DNA from: Anaerolineae bacterium
GTDB lineage: Bacteria > Chloroflexota > Anaerolineae > Aggregatilineales > UBA3940
Reading direction: 5' to 3'
Length of the DNA stretch: 64,000 bases
Assembly: GCA_016926255.1 (NCBI GenBank)
Contig: JAFGOY010000053.1
Location: forward strand, 68,919 to 132,918
The notes under the pieces: model-generated
Told to the model about the DNA's origin: nothing
Seen by the model: the letters and a program-made list of their open reading frames with translations, nothing else
The model's database searches: none
Made by a program: the position numbers and the translations under genes
Shown here: one piece after another, positions 1-9,656 of the stretch
Position numbering within the stretch: the stretch's first letter is position 1
Layout of the letters: each line of letters starts with the position of its first letter

Positions 1-1
1 C

Positions 2-241
2 CGGATTTATTTCTTCTTTGATTATGAAAATCTGGCGCAGGGTGTATCCTGGTCGCAGGTGCTGCTGTACAACGGCGAAGTGGTGCGATCACAGACAGAA
101 ACCTGGACCTGGGGGGCGGTTGGCAAGGATGTATATTACTACTTCGAGACGCGCGGCGGCTGGCCCGCCGGAGTGTACGAGGTGCAGTTCTACCTCGGCG
201 ATCAGTTGGCCGCGTCGAAGACGTTCACTCTGGGCGATTGA
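2..241 (+). CDS. 3' end of a CDS entering from the left edge (C-terminal ~79 aa, function unknown)
   Basis: Frame 2 is open from nt 2 to TGA 239-241 (RIYFFFDYENLAQGVSWSQVLLYNGE...TFTLGD*). The listed 59..241 ORF is only its GTG-initiated tail. No family recognised. Confidence 0.4.
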   Translation, partial: RIYFFFDYENLAQGVSWSQVLLYNGEVVRSQTETWTWGAVGKDVYYYFETRGGWPAGVYEVQFYLGDQLAASKTFTLGD

Positions 242-271
242 CGATCAGCACACCTGTCAGTTCCGCAATTG

Positions 272-2833
272 CTACTCATAGGCCAGCGCCGAAACGATCT
301 CCAGATCGGATGCGCGGCGGGCCGGGATCAGCGCCGCCAGCACTCCACAGAGCAGCCCGGCAGCGATGGAGGTCAGCAACCCGACACCGGGGAAACTGTA
401 GGGAATATGCAGCCCGGCGAACTCCAGTATTCCCGTCATGACGACGCTCAACAAGAGTCCACTTGTGATCCCAAAAGCGATCCCGACCAACGAGAGCAGC
501 AGACTCTCGGCGACAATCATCCGGCGAACCTGACGCCGTTTTGCGCCCACCGCACGCAGCATCCCGATCTCGCGGGTGCGCTCGATTACATTGATGCCAA
601 GCGCGTTCGCCAATCCCAGCAGCGCTGGGGCGGCTAACAGGGCCAGGATGATGTTCATCCCGATAGTGCCCGACCGGGCAACCTGTTTCTGACTAGCGTA
701 AAGCTGCTCGCGGGAAATGATGCCAAAACCGGGATAGGTCTCTATCGCTGCCAGCAGGTCTTCCTCCAGATCTTCCCGATCAACCCCCGGCTCGGCATTG
801 ACCAGTATCAGAACATCGTTGTGAACGCCAAACTCCCTGGAGAGCACAGCCTGATCCATGTAGACCGTCGGCAGCTTCATGTTGAGGTAGTCAAGCCCAA
901 CGGCGGCTACCTTCATATCGATCAGGCGGTGATCTCCCTCAAGGGTGATCGTATCACCAACGCTAACACCGAATTGTGAGGCATACCGGCCATTGACGAT
1001 GACCTCGTTCCCGCCTTGCAGTCGTTCGAAGGCAGACTTGTCCCCTTCGATGAAAGACAGCCCGGCGATGCGCCCGTAACTAGGCGGGTCGATGCCGATC
1101 AGCCTGACTCCGATTCCGTCCTCGTTCAGCACGTCGACCTGCCGCATGGTAGTCAGGTCTTCGACGCCGGGCATTCGCCTGACAGTTTCCGCCAGATCAG
1201 GATCGGCGCCGACCGTGTCGTTGGTGACAACTAGGCCACCAGCCATCAGGATATAGTCCGACCGGAGGCTGGCGTCGAGGAATCGCAGCGCACCACCGTA
1301 GACGGAACCTAACATGCCACCCAGCCCAATCAGGATCGCCAAGCCGACCATCAGCGAGGTGGTTGTGATCGCCGCGCGGCGCGGCTGGCGGGCGATGTTT
1401 CCCGCCGCCAGGCCGCCTTCCTGGCCAAACAAAAGATACAGGGCGCGGTTGAAGAATGACGTAATTGGGCTGATCACCAGCGGACCGAGCAGCCCCAGCG
1501 CCAGCAGGAAGATCAGCATCCCCAGGGCCATGAGTTGGAATATCCCGCTGATCAGCCCGGCCACGCCCAGCACAAGACTGATCAGGCCAATGATCAGGCG
1601 GCTGCGGCGCACCGCCTTCTCCTGATCGACCGTCGTCGGGCGCATGGCCTCCAGCGGAGTGACTTGGCTGGCCCCGCGTGCGGGCAGCAAGACGCTGACC
1701 AGCGGGACGCCCAGTCCAAAGGCAATCGTCACAGCGAAGGTCAGCGCCTCGAATCTCGGCTTTCCAATCGTGCCGCCCATCAGGGTCTCGAAGATGCTGC
1801 CAAGTCCGGCCCTGGCACCATAGGCAAAGGCGACGCCTAACAGCATGCCCAGCACGGTGCCCAGCACGGCCAGGATCAGTCCTTCGTACAGGATGGTGCG
1901 CATCACGACCCTGCGTTTCGCGCCGACGGCGCGCAGCATGCCGATGTCGCGGCGACGCTCGACGACGCTGGTGCGGAAGGTGTTGAACATAATCAGCCCG
2001 GCCAGCGCCAGCGCCAGCAGGCCGAACATGGTAAAGATGACGTTCATAAACTCCAGCAGTGCCGACCATACGTCAGCACCGCCTTCCAGCGGGCTTAACT
2101 CGTAACCCCGGCTGAACATCGACCGCATCGCCAGTTCAATGGCCTGCGCATCGCTGCCTTCGGCATAGCGTCCCATGATGATATTGACCCGGTTGGGCTT
2201 ATTGAGCAGGTCCTGAGCCGCCTCAATCGGCATGAATACCTGCTGGTTGCCGAGCAGCAGGCCGGGATCGTCGAGGATGCCCACCACTTCGAAGGGCACC
2301 CAGCCCCCCGCACCGGGGAGCTTCACCACCTCACCGACGCCGATTCCCAGCCCCTCGGCGAACACCTCGGAGATGAGCACCACCAGCCCGGTATCGCCCG
2401 GCTGCAAAAGACGGCCTGTCAGCAGGCGGCGTCCCCCGGCGGTCATCACGTTGAAGGCTTCATCCGTAACAGACGTATCGATCCCGTAGACCTGAATGGT
2501 GCTCACGTCGATGCCGTCCGGCGTCTGGTAATGCTCCGGCGGCAGGGACACCGACTGAACGATCATTGCAGTAGTCGATTCGACGCCCTGGACAGCGCTG
2601 ACATCCTGCACATATTCCTGGCGGAAGAAACTGCCATCGGTGCGGGTGACGTACAGATCGACGTTGGACAGGGCCACCGACTCCATATTCGACCTGAACA
2701 GGTCCTGGAAAGCCGGGGCCATCCCGTTCAGGCCAAACATGATCATCACGCCGATCACGATGGACAGGATGGTCATGATGCTCCGTATGGGCCGCCCCTT
2801 CAGATAGCTGATCGCAAGCGGAAGCTCACGCAT
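272..2833 (-). CDS. ABC transporter permease, MacB/FtsX type with two FtsX-like modules
   Basis: 853-aa polytopic protein with a duplicated FtsX-type region (RRDIGMLRAVGAKRRVV and TREIGMLRAVGAKRRQV). Start moved to ATG 2833: GGAGGA lies 6 nt upstream and ATGCGTGA overlaps the ATPase stop. The track start was 2851. Confidence 0.85.
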   Translation of the reverse strand: MRELPLAISYLKGRPIRSIMTILSIVIGVMIMFGLNGMAPAFQDLFRSNMESVALSNVDLYVTRTDGSFFRQEYVQDVSAVQGVESTTAMIVQSVSLPPEHYQTPDGIDVSTIQVYGIDTSVTDEAFNVMTAGGRRLLTGRLLQPGDTGLVVLISEVFAEGLGIGVGEVVKLPGAGGWVPFEVVGILDDPGLLLGNQQVFMPIEAAQDLLNKPNRVNIIMGRYAEGSDAQAIELAMRSMFSRGYELSPLEGGADVWSALLEFMNVIFTMFGLLALALAGLIMFNTFRTSVVERRRDIGMLRAVGAKRRVVMRTILYEGLILAVLGTVLGMLLGVAFAYGARAGLGSIFETLMGGTIGKPRFEALTFAVTIAFGLGVPLVSVLLPARGASQVTPLEAMRPTTVDQEKAVRRSRLIIGLISLVLGVAGLISGIFQLMALGMLIFLLALGLLGPLVISPITSFFNRALYLLFGQEGGLAAGNIARQPRRAAITTTSLMVGLAILIGLGGMLGSVYGGALRFLDASLRSDYILMAGGLVVTNDTVGADPDLAETVRRMPGVEDLTTMRQVDVLNEDGIGVRLIGIDPPSYGRIAGLSFIEGDKSAFERLQGGNEVIVNGRYASQFGVSVGDTITLEGDHRLIDMKVAAVGLDYLNMKLPTVYMDQAVLSREFGVHNDVLILVNAEPGVDREDLEEDLLAAIETYPGFGIISREQLYASQKQVARSGTIGMNIILALLAAPALLGLANALGINVIERTREIGMLRAVGAKRRQVRRMIVAESLLLSLVGIAFGITSGLLLSVVMTGILEFAGLHIPYSFPGVGLLTSIAAGLLCGVLAALIPARRASDLEIVSALAYE

Positions 2834-3551
2834 GATGATCCTCCACGACAACTGCCTTCCGGTCGATATTGTTGCGCGTCTCTTCGGTGATTCGCCCGTC
2901 TTTCATCTGGAGGATGCGATCCGCGTAGGATGAGATGCGAGGATCGTGCGTTACGAGCAGGATACTGCGTCCCCAGCGGTCAACGGTTTCCCGCAGCAGG
3001 GTGGCAAAATCCCCGGCTGCACTTGAATCAAGGTTGCCGGTCGGCTCATCGGCCAGGATCAGCGACGGTTCGGTAACCAGCGCGCGGGCGATAGCAACGC
3101 GCTGGCGCTGCCCACCGGAAAGCTCATCCGGGCGGTGCGATTTACGGTCGGCGACTTCGAGTTTCTCCAGCCAGTCGGCAGCGCGGGATTGGGCCTCGGC
3201 GGGCTTCATCCCTCCCAGCACCAGCGGCAGCGCCGTATTATCCAGCGCGTCCAGCGTGGGGATCAGGTTGAAGAACTGGAAGATGAAACCAATCCGCTCG
3301 CGGCGGAGATCGGTGAGTGAGTCGTCGTTCAGAGCGCTCAAATCCTGCCCATCGATCCTGACCATGCCCTCATCGGGGCGATCAAGCCCACCGATCAGGT
3401 GCAAAAGGGTCGACTTACCACATCCGCTTGGGCCCATCACGGCGACGAACTCGCCGGTATCGACATGTAATGACACGTGATCGAGGGCAGTGACCTGCGC
3501 CGCGCCGCTGCCATAAATCCGGGTGAGATTTTCAGTTTCTACGACGTACAT
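2826..3551 (-). CDS. ABC transporter ATP-binding protein (MacB/LolD-like)
   Basis: Walker [13 protein letters not shown] signature [15 protein letters not shown], Walker [20 protein letters not shown] upstream. Overlaps the permease start. Confidence 0.95.
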   Translation of the reverse strand: MYVVETENLTRIYGSGAAQVTALDHVSLHVDTGEFVAVMGPSGCGKSTLLHLIGGLDRPDEGMVRIDGQDLSALNDDSLTDLRRERIGFIFQFFNLIPTLDALDNTALPLVLGGMKPAEAQSRAADWLEKLEVADRKSHRPDELSGGQRQRVAIARALVTEPSLILADEPTGNLDSSAAGDFATLLRETVDRWGRSILLVTHDPRISSYADRILQMKDGRITEETRNNIDRKAVVVEDHHA

Positions 3552-3721
3552 GGGATTTCCTCAAGTGTAAGGGAGAGAAACGCCTGACAAGAAACAGTCT
3601 GGTTTACAACTAGCCAGATTATACAGGCAATTCAGTGAACCGATAATGAACATCCCAAGTTTTGGGGCCTACTCATGCCGACGAGATACACCTCCGAAGC
3701 CCAAAACACGGTTCATTTCTG

Positions 3722-3730
3722 TGCTATACT
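3722..3730 (+). promoter_or_regulatory. candidate extended -10 element (TGcTATACT) for the toxin-antitoxin operon
   Basis: TG-n-TATACT lies ~90 nt upstream of the antitoxin ATG. It is followed by the direct repeat TGAATTGT at 3755-3762 and 3770-3777. No convincing -35. Confidence 0.3.
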
Positions 3731-3820
3731 CTGATTCAGCAAGATCGATAGGTGTGAATTGTCTCAATCTGAATTGTTGGGATTTCAGACAGTTCGGGAA
3801 GACAAGAAGGAGCCAGAGTG

Positions 3821-4039
3821 ATGGCCGAAATGACCTTAGACCAGTTACTGCAGGCGGCGAGCCAACTTCCACACGAACAGCAAGTCGAGTTGATCCGCCG
3901 CCTGCAGACGGAGCAGCGCAAAGCAAAGAAAGGTTCGCTTGAAGATATTCCTCTGCTGAACATCGGCTCCTGGCCGGAGGACTGGCCGCCACACCGGGAG
4001 GATTTATACGATGACGAGCATCGTGCGGGTCTTTGTTGA
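3821..4039 (+). CDS. putative antitoxin (72 aa) of a VapBC-like pair
   Basis: Small ORF with AAGGAG SD 8 nt upstream of ATG 3821. Its 3' end overlaps the PIN gene start (4011) by 29 nt, the typical antitoxin-toxin arrangement. No family confidently recognised. Confidence 0.5.
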   Translation: MAEMTLDQLLQAASQLPHEQQVELIRRLQTEQRKAKKGSLEDIPLLNIGSWPEDWPPHREDLYDDEHRAGLC

Positions 4040-4466
4040 TACCAACGTCTTAATTTATGCCAGCGTGCTCAGTTCTCCATATGTGGATATTGCCCGAAAC
4101 AAATTGGTGGCATTACGTGATAGTGGCAGTGAATTGTGGATCAGCCGCTAGATCATCCGCGAATACCTGGTGGTCATGACCCGTGCCCGGCAGGGCGAAC
4201 CACTCCCGGAAAAAGAACCTGTGCTGGCTCAAGTCAACGCGATGCTAAACACATTTGAAGTGGCTGATGAAACACCTGACGTTACCAACTGGCTGATAAC
4301 ACCGCTCAAACAGACGTCGACAGCAGGCAAACAGGTACACGATGCCAATGTCGTTGCGACCATGCTGGCTTACGGTATTGACACCCTGCTGACAGCTAAC
4401 ATCGGTGATTTTGTCCGTTTTGAGGATAAGATCACGCTGATGGCCCTTATGGGAAAAGACATATGA
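4011..4466 (+). pseudogene. PIN-domain (VapC-like) toxin gene interrupted by a single in-frame TAG at 4149-4151
   Basis: ATG 4011 opens MTSIVRVFVDTNVLIYAS...ELWISR, then TAG, then the same frame continues IIREYLVV...VHDANVVATML...LLTANIGDF...* to 4466. The acidic PIN residues are all present (D in FVDTN, E in REY, D in HDAN, D in GDF). The track reports only the distal part (4170..4466). Confidence 0.75.
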
Positions 4467-4789
4467 GAAAATATCCGAAGTCCATCAGGAAGGCGATACT
4501 TGAGTGGGCCGCCGAAGCACACGAGCGTGAATTATACCGGGAACTGACACTGCTAGACCGCAGCTTTACCGAGTGGCGCAACGGCGAAATCGGTAGTGGG
4601 GAACTGAGCTGCCGGGTTCACGAGTATGACACCGGCCCCTCGCGCGAGTTGTTCAAGCAGTACAATAGCGGATTTCATGACCTTGATGTTGCGTCTGCGC
4701 TGGTAAAAGGCATTCTCACCTACGAGGAAGTCCCTGCGGAGGTCATCGAGGCCATCCAGAATTTACTGGCCTTCATCCAACGGCCATAG
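4463..4789 (+). CDS. hypothetical protein (108 aa), translationally coupled to the PIN gene
   Basis: ATGA start/stop overlap with the PIN reading frame. No recognisable motif. Confidence 0.55.
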   Translation: MRKYPKSIRKAILEWAAEAHERELYRELTLLDRSFTEWRNGEIGSGELSCRVHEYDTGPSRELFKQYNSGFHDLDVASALVKGILTYEEVPAEVIEAIQNLLAFIQRP

Positions 4790-4796
4790 TTATCGC

Positions 4797-5606
4797 CTAC
4801 CGCCGCGTTTTGATCCCCAGAACGACCCCGACACCCAATAGAACAACCGTCGCCGATACGACCCCGATCCACTGTCCGGTCGAGAGTTGAAGACCAGCAT
4901 CGGGCTCAGCGGTGGCGGCCAGTTCGCGCCCCTCGATCTCGGTGTCCGGTTGGGCGATGGCGATAGTGGTCGTCGTGGCGGTTTCGGGAAGTTCGTCATC
5001 ATTGCCAACCGACAGCACCGCCCTGATCTCGTGAACGCCGGGCGGCAGTTCGCCGAGCGTGTGCTCAAGGGTGTGGAGTTCGGCGTCGAGTTCACCGTCG
5101 ACGTAGAGGTGGATGCTGTTTTCGCCGGTGTTCAGGTCAAAGAAGGCAGTTTCGAGTTCAATTGCCACTGGCTGTTCGGTGAATGCCTCACCATTGCCGG
5201 GATAGAGAATCGACAGGCGGGGTCTGGGTGGCATGACGGAGAATTCGTACTGCCCGCTGAGGCCGGTCGACAGCTCAGTGCCGGATACCATGTAGACAAC
5301 CTGGTACCGCCCTTCTGCCAGCGGCGGCAGCGATACAGACAGGACGGTCCGATCCTCGTCAAGGGTGGTATCCTGTCTATCGACCTGCTGGTCTGCCTCG
5401 TCGGTGACGACGATCAGGTTGCCGTCTTCCTCAAGCGGGTGGCTGAAAGTGAGCACGACTTCCTGCGGCGCGGAATCGAGTCCCGCATTTGGAGCCGGTG
5501 ACGCGTCGATGAGTGTTGGCTGGGCATAGAGCGGTTGAGCAATGACCAGCATTGCCCCGATCAACACCCCGCCGATTCCCGCTCGAAAGAGTTTGTTAGC
5601 TGACAT
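4797..5606 (-). CDS. secreted, membrane-anchored CopC-fold-like protein
   Basis: Signal peptide (MSANKLFRAGIGGVLIGAMLVIAQPLYA). The CopC-like pattern is LIDASPAPNAGLDSAPQEVVLTFSHPL...GRYQVVYMVSGTE...GQYEFSV, followed by a second beta-rich domain and a C-terminal TM helix. Start set to ATG 5606 (GGGGAG SD 6 nt upstream). Confidence 0.6.
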   Translation of the reverse strand: MSANKLFRAGIGGVLIGAMLVIAQPLYAQPTLIDASPAPNAGLDSAPQEVVLTFSHPLEEDGNLIVVTDEADQQVDRQDTTLDEDRTVLSVSLPPLAEGRYQVVYMVSGTELSTGLSGQYEFSVMPPRPRLSILYPGNGEAFTEQPVAIELETAFFDLNTGENSIHLYVDGELDAELHTLEHTLGELPPGVHEIRAVLSVGNDDELPETATTTTIAIAQPDTEIEGRELAATAEPDAGLQLSTGQWIGVVSATVVLLGVGVVLGIKTRR

Positions 5607-5643
5607 GATCATCTCCCCGCGCGTCATTATACCATCGATCAGG

Positions 5644-7017
5644 CTAGCGGGAAGACAGCCGGGCACGCGCTGCGTCGATCTGTGCAGCGACCGCTTCGGG
5701 AGCGGTTCCGCCAGTTACGGCGCGGCGAGCAACCGAGGAATCAAAATCGAAGACGGTGAATACATCCGATTCGAATACATCCGACTCGGCCCGGAAATCG
5801 TCGAGAGCCAGCGCGGAAAGCGGCACATCACGCTCCTCAGCCCTGCGGACGATCCGCCCGGAGATGTGATGCGCCTCGCGGAAAGGCATCCCGCGCCTGA
5901 CGAGATAGTCGGCAAGGTCGGTGGCAAGCATGGCTTCGTCGAGCGCTGCACGCATGGCTTCAGCGTGGGGGGTGATCGTTCCAACCACCCCGGCCAGCAC
6001 CGGCAGGGTCAGCATCAGCGTGTCGAAGGCGTCGAAAAGCGGCTCTTTATCTTCCTGCATATCCTTGTTGTAGGTCGAGGGAAGGCCCTTCAAGACGGTC
6101 AGCAGGCTGACCAGATCGCCGATCAACCGGCCAGCCTTGCCGCGCGCCAGTTCCATCGAATCGGGATTGCGCTTCTGGGGCATCAGGCTGGAACCGGTCG
6201 AGTAAGCCTCGCCGATGGAGAGAAATCGATAGCCGGGACTGGTATAGAGAACCACGTCTTCGGCCAGACGACTGGTGTGGATGCCGATCAGCGCGGCGGC
6301 GAACAGAAACTCAGCGATGAAGTCCCGGTCGGCGACGGCATCCATGCTGTTGGGTGTGGCCGATTCCATCCCCAGGTCGGCGGCCAGCGCCTCGCGGTCA
6401 ATCGCAAAGGGATTACCGGCCAGCGCCCCCGATCCAAGCGGGCAGACCGCCGTCCGGCGGCGGCAGTCGGCCAGCCGATCCCGATCACGTTCGAGCATCC
6501 AGAAAGTGCTCATCAGCCAGTGTGCGAACAGCACCGGTTGAGCAGCCTGGAGATGTGTGTAACCCGGCATGACCAGGCCGGAATGCACCTCGGCTTTGTC
6601 GACGATGGCCGACTGAACACCGGTCAGCAGCGCCGATACCTGATCGATGGACATGATCAGCCACAGGCGGACATCGAGCGCAATCTGATCGTTGCGACTG
6701 CGTCCGGTGTGAAGTTTGCCTGCCGGGGAGCCGACGATCTCGGTCAGGCGGCGTTCGACAGCAGTATGGATGTCTTCATCACCGGGCAGCGGCTCGAATG
6801 TTCCGTCGTCAAATTCCTGTTTGACCTGCCCCAATCCCTCTACAATCGCCGCGCGCTCGTCATCGGTTATCAGCCCGGCCCGCAGCAGGGCAGCAGCATA
6901 GGCCACGCTGCCCCGGATATCGGCAGCATACAGGCGGCGGTCAAAACCAAACGAGTCATGGAATCGACGCATCCGGTCGTCAGTTTCGCCGCTGAATCGG
7001 CCTCCCCATAAACGCAT
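5644..7017 (-). CDS. argH: argininosuccinate lyase
   Basis: N-terminus MRLWGGRFSG and the fumarate-lyase signature GSSLMPQKRNPD. 457 aa. Confidence 0.97.
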   Translation of the reverse strand: MRLWGGRFSGETDDRMRRFHDSFGFDRRLYAADIRGSVAYAAALLRAGLITDDERAAIVEGLGQVKQEFDDGTFEPLPGDEDIHTAVERRLTEIVGSPAGKLHTGRSRNDQIALDVRLWLIMSIDQVSALLTGVQSAIVDKAEVHSGLVMPGYTHLQAAQPVLFAHWLMSTFWMLERDRDRLADCRRRTAVCPLGSGALAGNPFAIDREALAADLGMESATPNSMDAVADRDFIAEFLFAAALIGIHTSRLAEDVVLYTSPGYRFLSIGEAYSTGSSLMPQKRNPDSMELARGKAGRLIGDLVSLLTVLKGLPSTYNKDMQEDKEPLFDAFDTLMLTLPVLAGVVGTITPHAEAMRAALDEAMLATDLADYLVRRGMPFREAHHISGRIVRRAEERDVPLSALALDDFRAESDVFESDVFTVFDFDSSVARRAVTGGTAPEAVAAQIDAARARLSSR

Positions 7018-7160
7018 GGGCGGTTCCTTTCACAAGTCCATAGGACGGGAATTTGGGCGTTGCCCAAATTCCCCGGAGCCACAATATTTATTGTGACCTT
7101 AACACGATTGGTGAATGTTTCGCTGAAAGCGAAACTCCAAGCAGCCGCAAAACGGCTGCC

Positions 7161-8426
7161 TCAGTCGCGCTTGAAGATCGAGTAGTCGGGTTCGCGGAAG
7201 CGGCTCTTGCCGGTCCCGGCGATGCTCAACATCGCATCGACCTTGAGCGGCAGACCCCACAGGTGAATGAAGCCCTCCGCATCCTGCTGATTGTAAATAT
7301 CGGACATACCGAACGAGGCATAGTCCTCGCGATACAGGCTGTAAGGCGACTTCCGCCCTTCGACGATGATATTGCCCTTGTAAAGTTTCAACCGGACATG
7401 GCCGGTAACGTGACGCTGAGTGACCATCACAAAGCCGTCGAGAGCTTCTCGCAGCGAGGAGAACCACAGGCCATCGTAGACCAGTTCCGCATAGCGCAAG
7501 GCGATCATCTGCTTGAAATGCAGGGTATTCTTGTCGAGGCAGATGCTTTCAAGCTCCTGGTGGGCCTTGTAGAGAATCGTGCCGCCGGGAGTCTCGTAGA
7601 TACCATGTGACTTCATCCCGACGAGGCGGTTTTCGACAAGGTCGATCCGGCCAATCGCGTGCTTTCCGCCGATCTCGTTCAGCGCCAGCACCAGCTCGAC
7701 CGGCCCCATCTTCTGCCCGTTCAAACCGACCGGGTTCCCGGCCTCGAATTCCAATTCGACGGTCTCCGGCTCGTCAGGGGCTTCCTGTGGGCTGACCGAG
7801 AGCTTGTACATCTCCTCTTCGGGTTCCAGCCAGGGGTCTTCGAGCAGGCCGCCCTCGTGACTGATGTGCCAGATATTGGCATCACGACTGTAGATCGATT
7901 TCCTGGTGTGAGACACCGGGATATGATGCGCCTGGGCATATTCGATGGCGTCCTCACGGCTGCGAATATCCCATTCCCGCCAGGGGGAGATCACCTTGAG
8001 AGTCGGGTTGAGGGCCATCGCGGTGACTTCGAAACGCACCTGGTCATTGCCTTTACCCGTGCAGCCATGGGCCAGCGCATCAGCGCCTTCCTTCTCGGCG
8101 ATCTCGACCTGCCGCTTGGCGATCAGCGGGCGGGCGAAGGAGGTTCCCAGCAGGTACTTGCGCTCGTAGATCGCCCCGGCCTGCATGGTAGGGAAGACAT
8201 AATCGGTGAGGAATTCTTCGCGCAAATCCTCGATGTAAATTTTGCTTGCCCCACTCTGTATGGCTTTTTCCTCAAGGCCATCGAGTTCCTTGCCCTGGCC
8301 GAGATCGGCAGTATAGCAGATCACCTCGCAATTGTATCTCCCGATCAACCAGGGAACGATGATCGATGTGTCCAGACCACCGGAATAGGCCAGGACAACT
8401 TTCTTGACTTCTTTAAATTCGGCCAT
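7161..8426 (-). CDS. argG: argininosuccinate synthase
   Basis: ATP-binding motif AYSGGLDTS and typical length. Start set to ATG 8426 (GGAGGAG SD) rather than the upstream TTG at 8441. Confidence 0.97.
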   Translation of the reverse strand: MAEFKEVKKVVLAYSGGLDTSIIVPWLIGRYNCEVICYTADLGQGKELDGLEEKAIQSGASKIYIEDLREEFLTDYVFPTMQAGAIYERKYLLGTSFARPLIAKRQVEIAEKEGADALAHGCTGKGNDQVRFEVTAMALNPTLKVISPWREWDIRSREDAIEYAQAHHIPVSHTRKSIYSRDANIWHISHEGGLLEDPWLEPEEEMYKLSVSPQEAPDEPETVELEFEAGNPVGLNGQKMGPVELVLALNEIGGKHAIGRIDLVENRLVGMKSHGIYETPGGTILYKAHQELESICLDKNTLHFKQMIALRYAELVYDGLWFSSLREALDGFVMVTQRHVTGHVRLKLYKGNIIVEGRKSPYSLYREDYASFGMSDIYNQQDAEGFIHLWGLPLKVDAMLSIAGTGKSRFREPDYSIFKRD

Positions 8427-8471
8427 GCTTTTCTCCTCCAAAATACATGTGTGGCAATTTCAAAAAACGGT

Positions 8472-9656
8472 TCAGGTTCGATAATGCCCATTGATCGTCA
8501 CATATTCGTGACTGAGATCACAGGTCCAGACAACGGTTTGGGCAGCACCGAGACCCAGGTCAAGGCGAAGGCCCCATTCAGGCTGCTGCATCAGGGCGAT
8601 GGCCGACGGCTCATCGTAATCGGCAGGGCAGCCACTATCTACCAATTGAATCACCGGCTCACCCGCAGCGTCAAGTAGCCATAAGGATAATTTCCCACAG
8701 TCGAGCGGGACACCCGCATAGCCTGCCGCGCAGACGATCCGTCCCCAGTTGGGGTCGCCACCGTAAAACGCGGTCTTGCAGAGCGGCGACAGGGCCACCG
8801 TACGGGCAACGGCAACCGCCGCATCTTCGCCAGGTGCGCCGGTGACTTCGAGCGTAACGAACTTCGTCGCACCCTCGCCATCGCGGACAATCGCCTGGGC
8901 AAGTTCGGTGCACACCTCGCGGACGGCAGCGGCGAACGCCTCGTCTCCGGGGGCAATTTCGACACCTGACGCGCCATTTGCCAGCAGCAGCAGCGTATCG
9001 TTAGTGCTCATATCGCCATCGACGACGATCCGGTTGAAGCTCTCACCCACTGCCTGACGGAGCACCCGATCACATTCCTCACGGCTGACGACGGCATCGG
9101 TGACGACGACGGAGAGCATGGTCGCCATATTGGGGGCGATCATTCCCGCACCCTTGGCGATCCCGGTGATGGTATAACCCGATTCAGTGGTCACGCTGAC
9201 CAGCTTGGGGCGCGTATCGGTGGTCATGATCGCGCTTGAAGCGTCCTCCCAGCCGTCAGGGGAAAGCGCCGCTGCCGCCCGTTCGATGCCGGGCAGTATG
9301 ATGTCCATCGGCAGGTTGACGCCGATTACGCCGGTCGAGAGAACGAGTACTTCATCAAGCGAACAACCGATCACCTGAGCGGCATGTTCAGCCGTCGACC
9401 GGGTATCGACCAAACCCTGTTCGCCCGTACAGGCATTGGCCTTCCCCGTATTGGTGACGACCGCCCGCACCGGGTTACCAGCAGCGAGGATCGATTGATC
9501 GTAGATCACGGGGGCAGCCTTCACCTGATTGGTAGTAAACACACCCGCTACCGCACAGGGCCGGTCGCTCACGATCAGCGCGAGGTCTTTCGCGCCCTCC
9601 GCTTTCAGGCCGCAATGAACCCCCGCCGATTGAAATCCCTGTACTTTTGCGGTCAT
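8472..9656 (-). CDS. argJ: bifunctional ornithine acetyltransferase / N-acetylglutamate synthase
   Basis: ArgJ family with the autoprocessing region PNMATMLSVVVTD. ATGA overlap with the upstream GNAT gene. Confidence 0.95.
   Translation of the reverse strand: MTAKVQGFQSAGVHCGLKAEGAKDLALIVSDRPCAVAGVFTTNQVKAAPVIYDQSILAAGNPVRAVVTNTGKANACTGEQGLVDTRSTAEHAAQVIGCSLDEVLVLSTGVIGVNLPMDIILPGIERAAAALSPDGWEDASSAIMTTDTRPKLVSVTTESGYTITGIAKGAGMIAPNMATMLSVVVTDAVVSREECDRVLRQAVGESFNRIVVDGDMSTNDTLLLLANGASGVEIAPGDEAFAAAVREVCTELAQAIVRDGEGATKFVTLEVTGAPGEDAAVAVARTVALSPLCKTAFYGGDPNWGRIVCAAGYAGVPLDCGKLSLWLLDAAGEPVIQLVDSGCPADYDEPSAIALMQQPEWGLRLDLGLGAAQTVVWTCDLSHEYVTINGHYRT

Noticed and set aside
1197-2069. 290-aa Arg/Pro/Gly-rich ORF in an alternative frame of the ABC permease gene
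   Set aside because: It lies on the same strand but out of frame with a well-supported polytopic membrane protein. The composition is typical of off-frame GC-rich translation.
3646-3992. Overlapping 98-, 107- and 75-aa ORFs around the TA promoter region
   Set aside because: They mutually overlap on both strands, lack an SD, and cover the promoter/operator region and the antitoxin gene. The 72-aa antitoxin frame, which has an AAGGAG SD, is the only supported one.
5542-7011. 489-aa plus-strand ORF antisense to argH
   Set aside because: This is a shadow ORF typical of GC-rich DNA. The product is low-complexity (Arg/Gly/Ala/Pro-rich), whereas the minus-strand frame carries unmistakable argininosuccinate lyase motifs.
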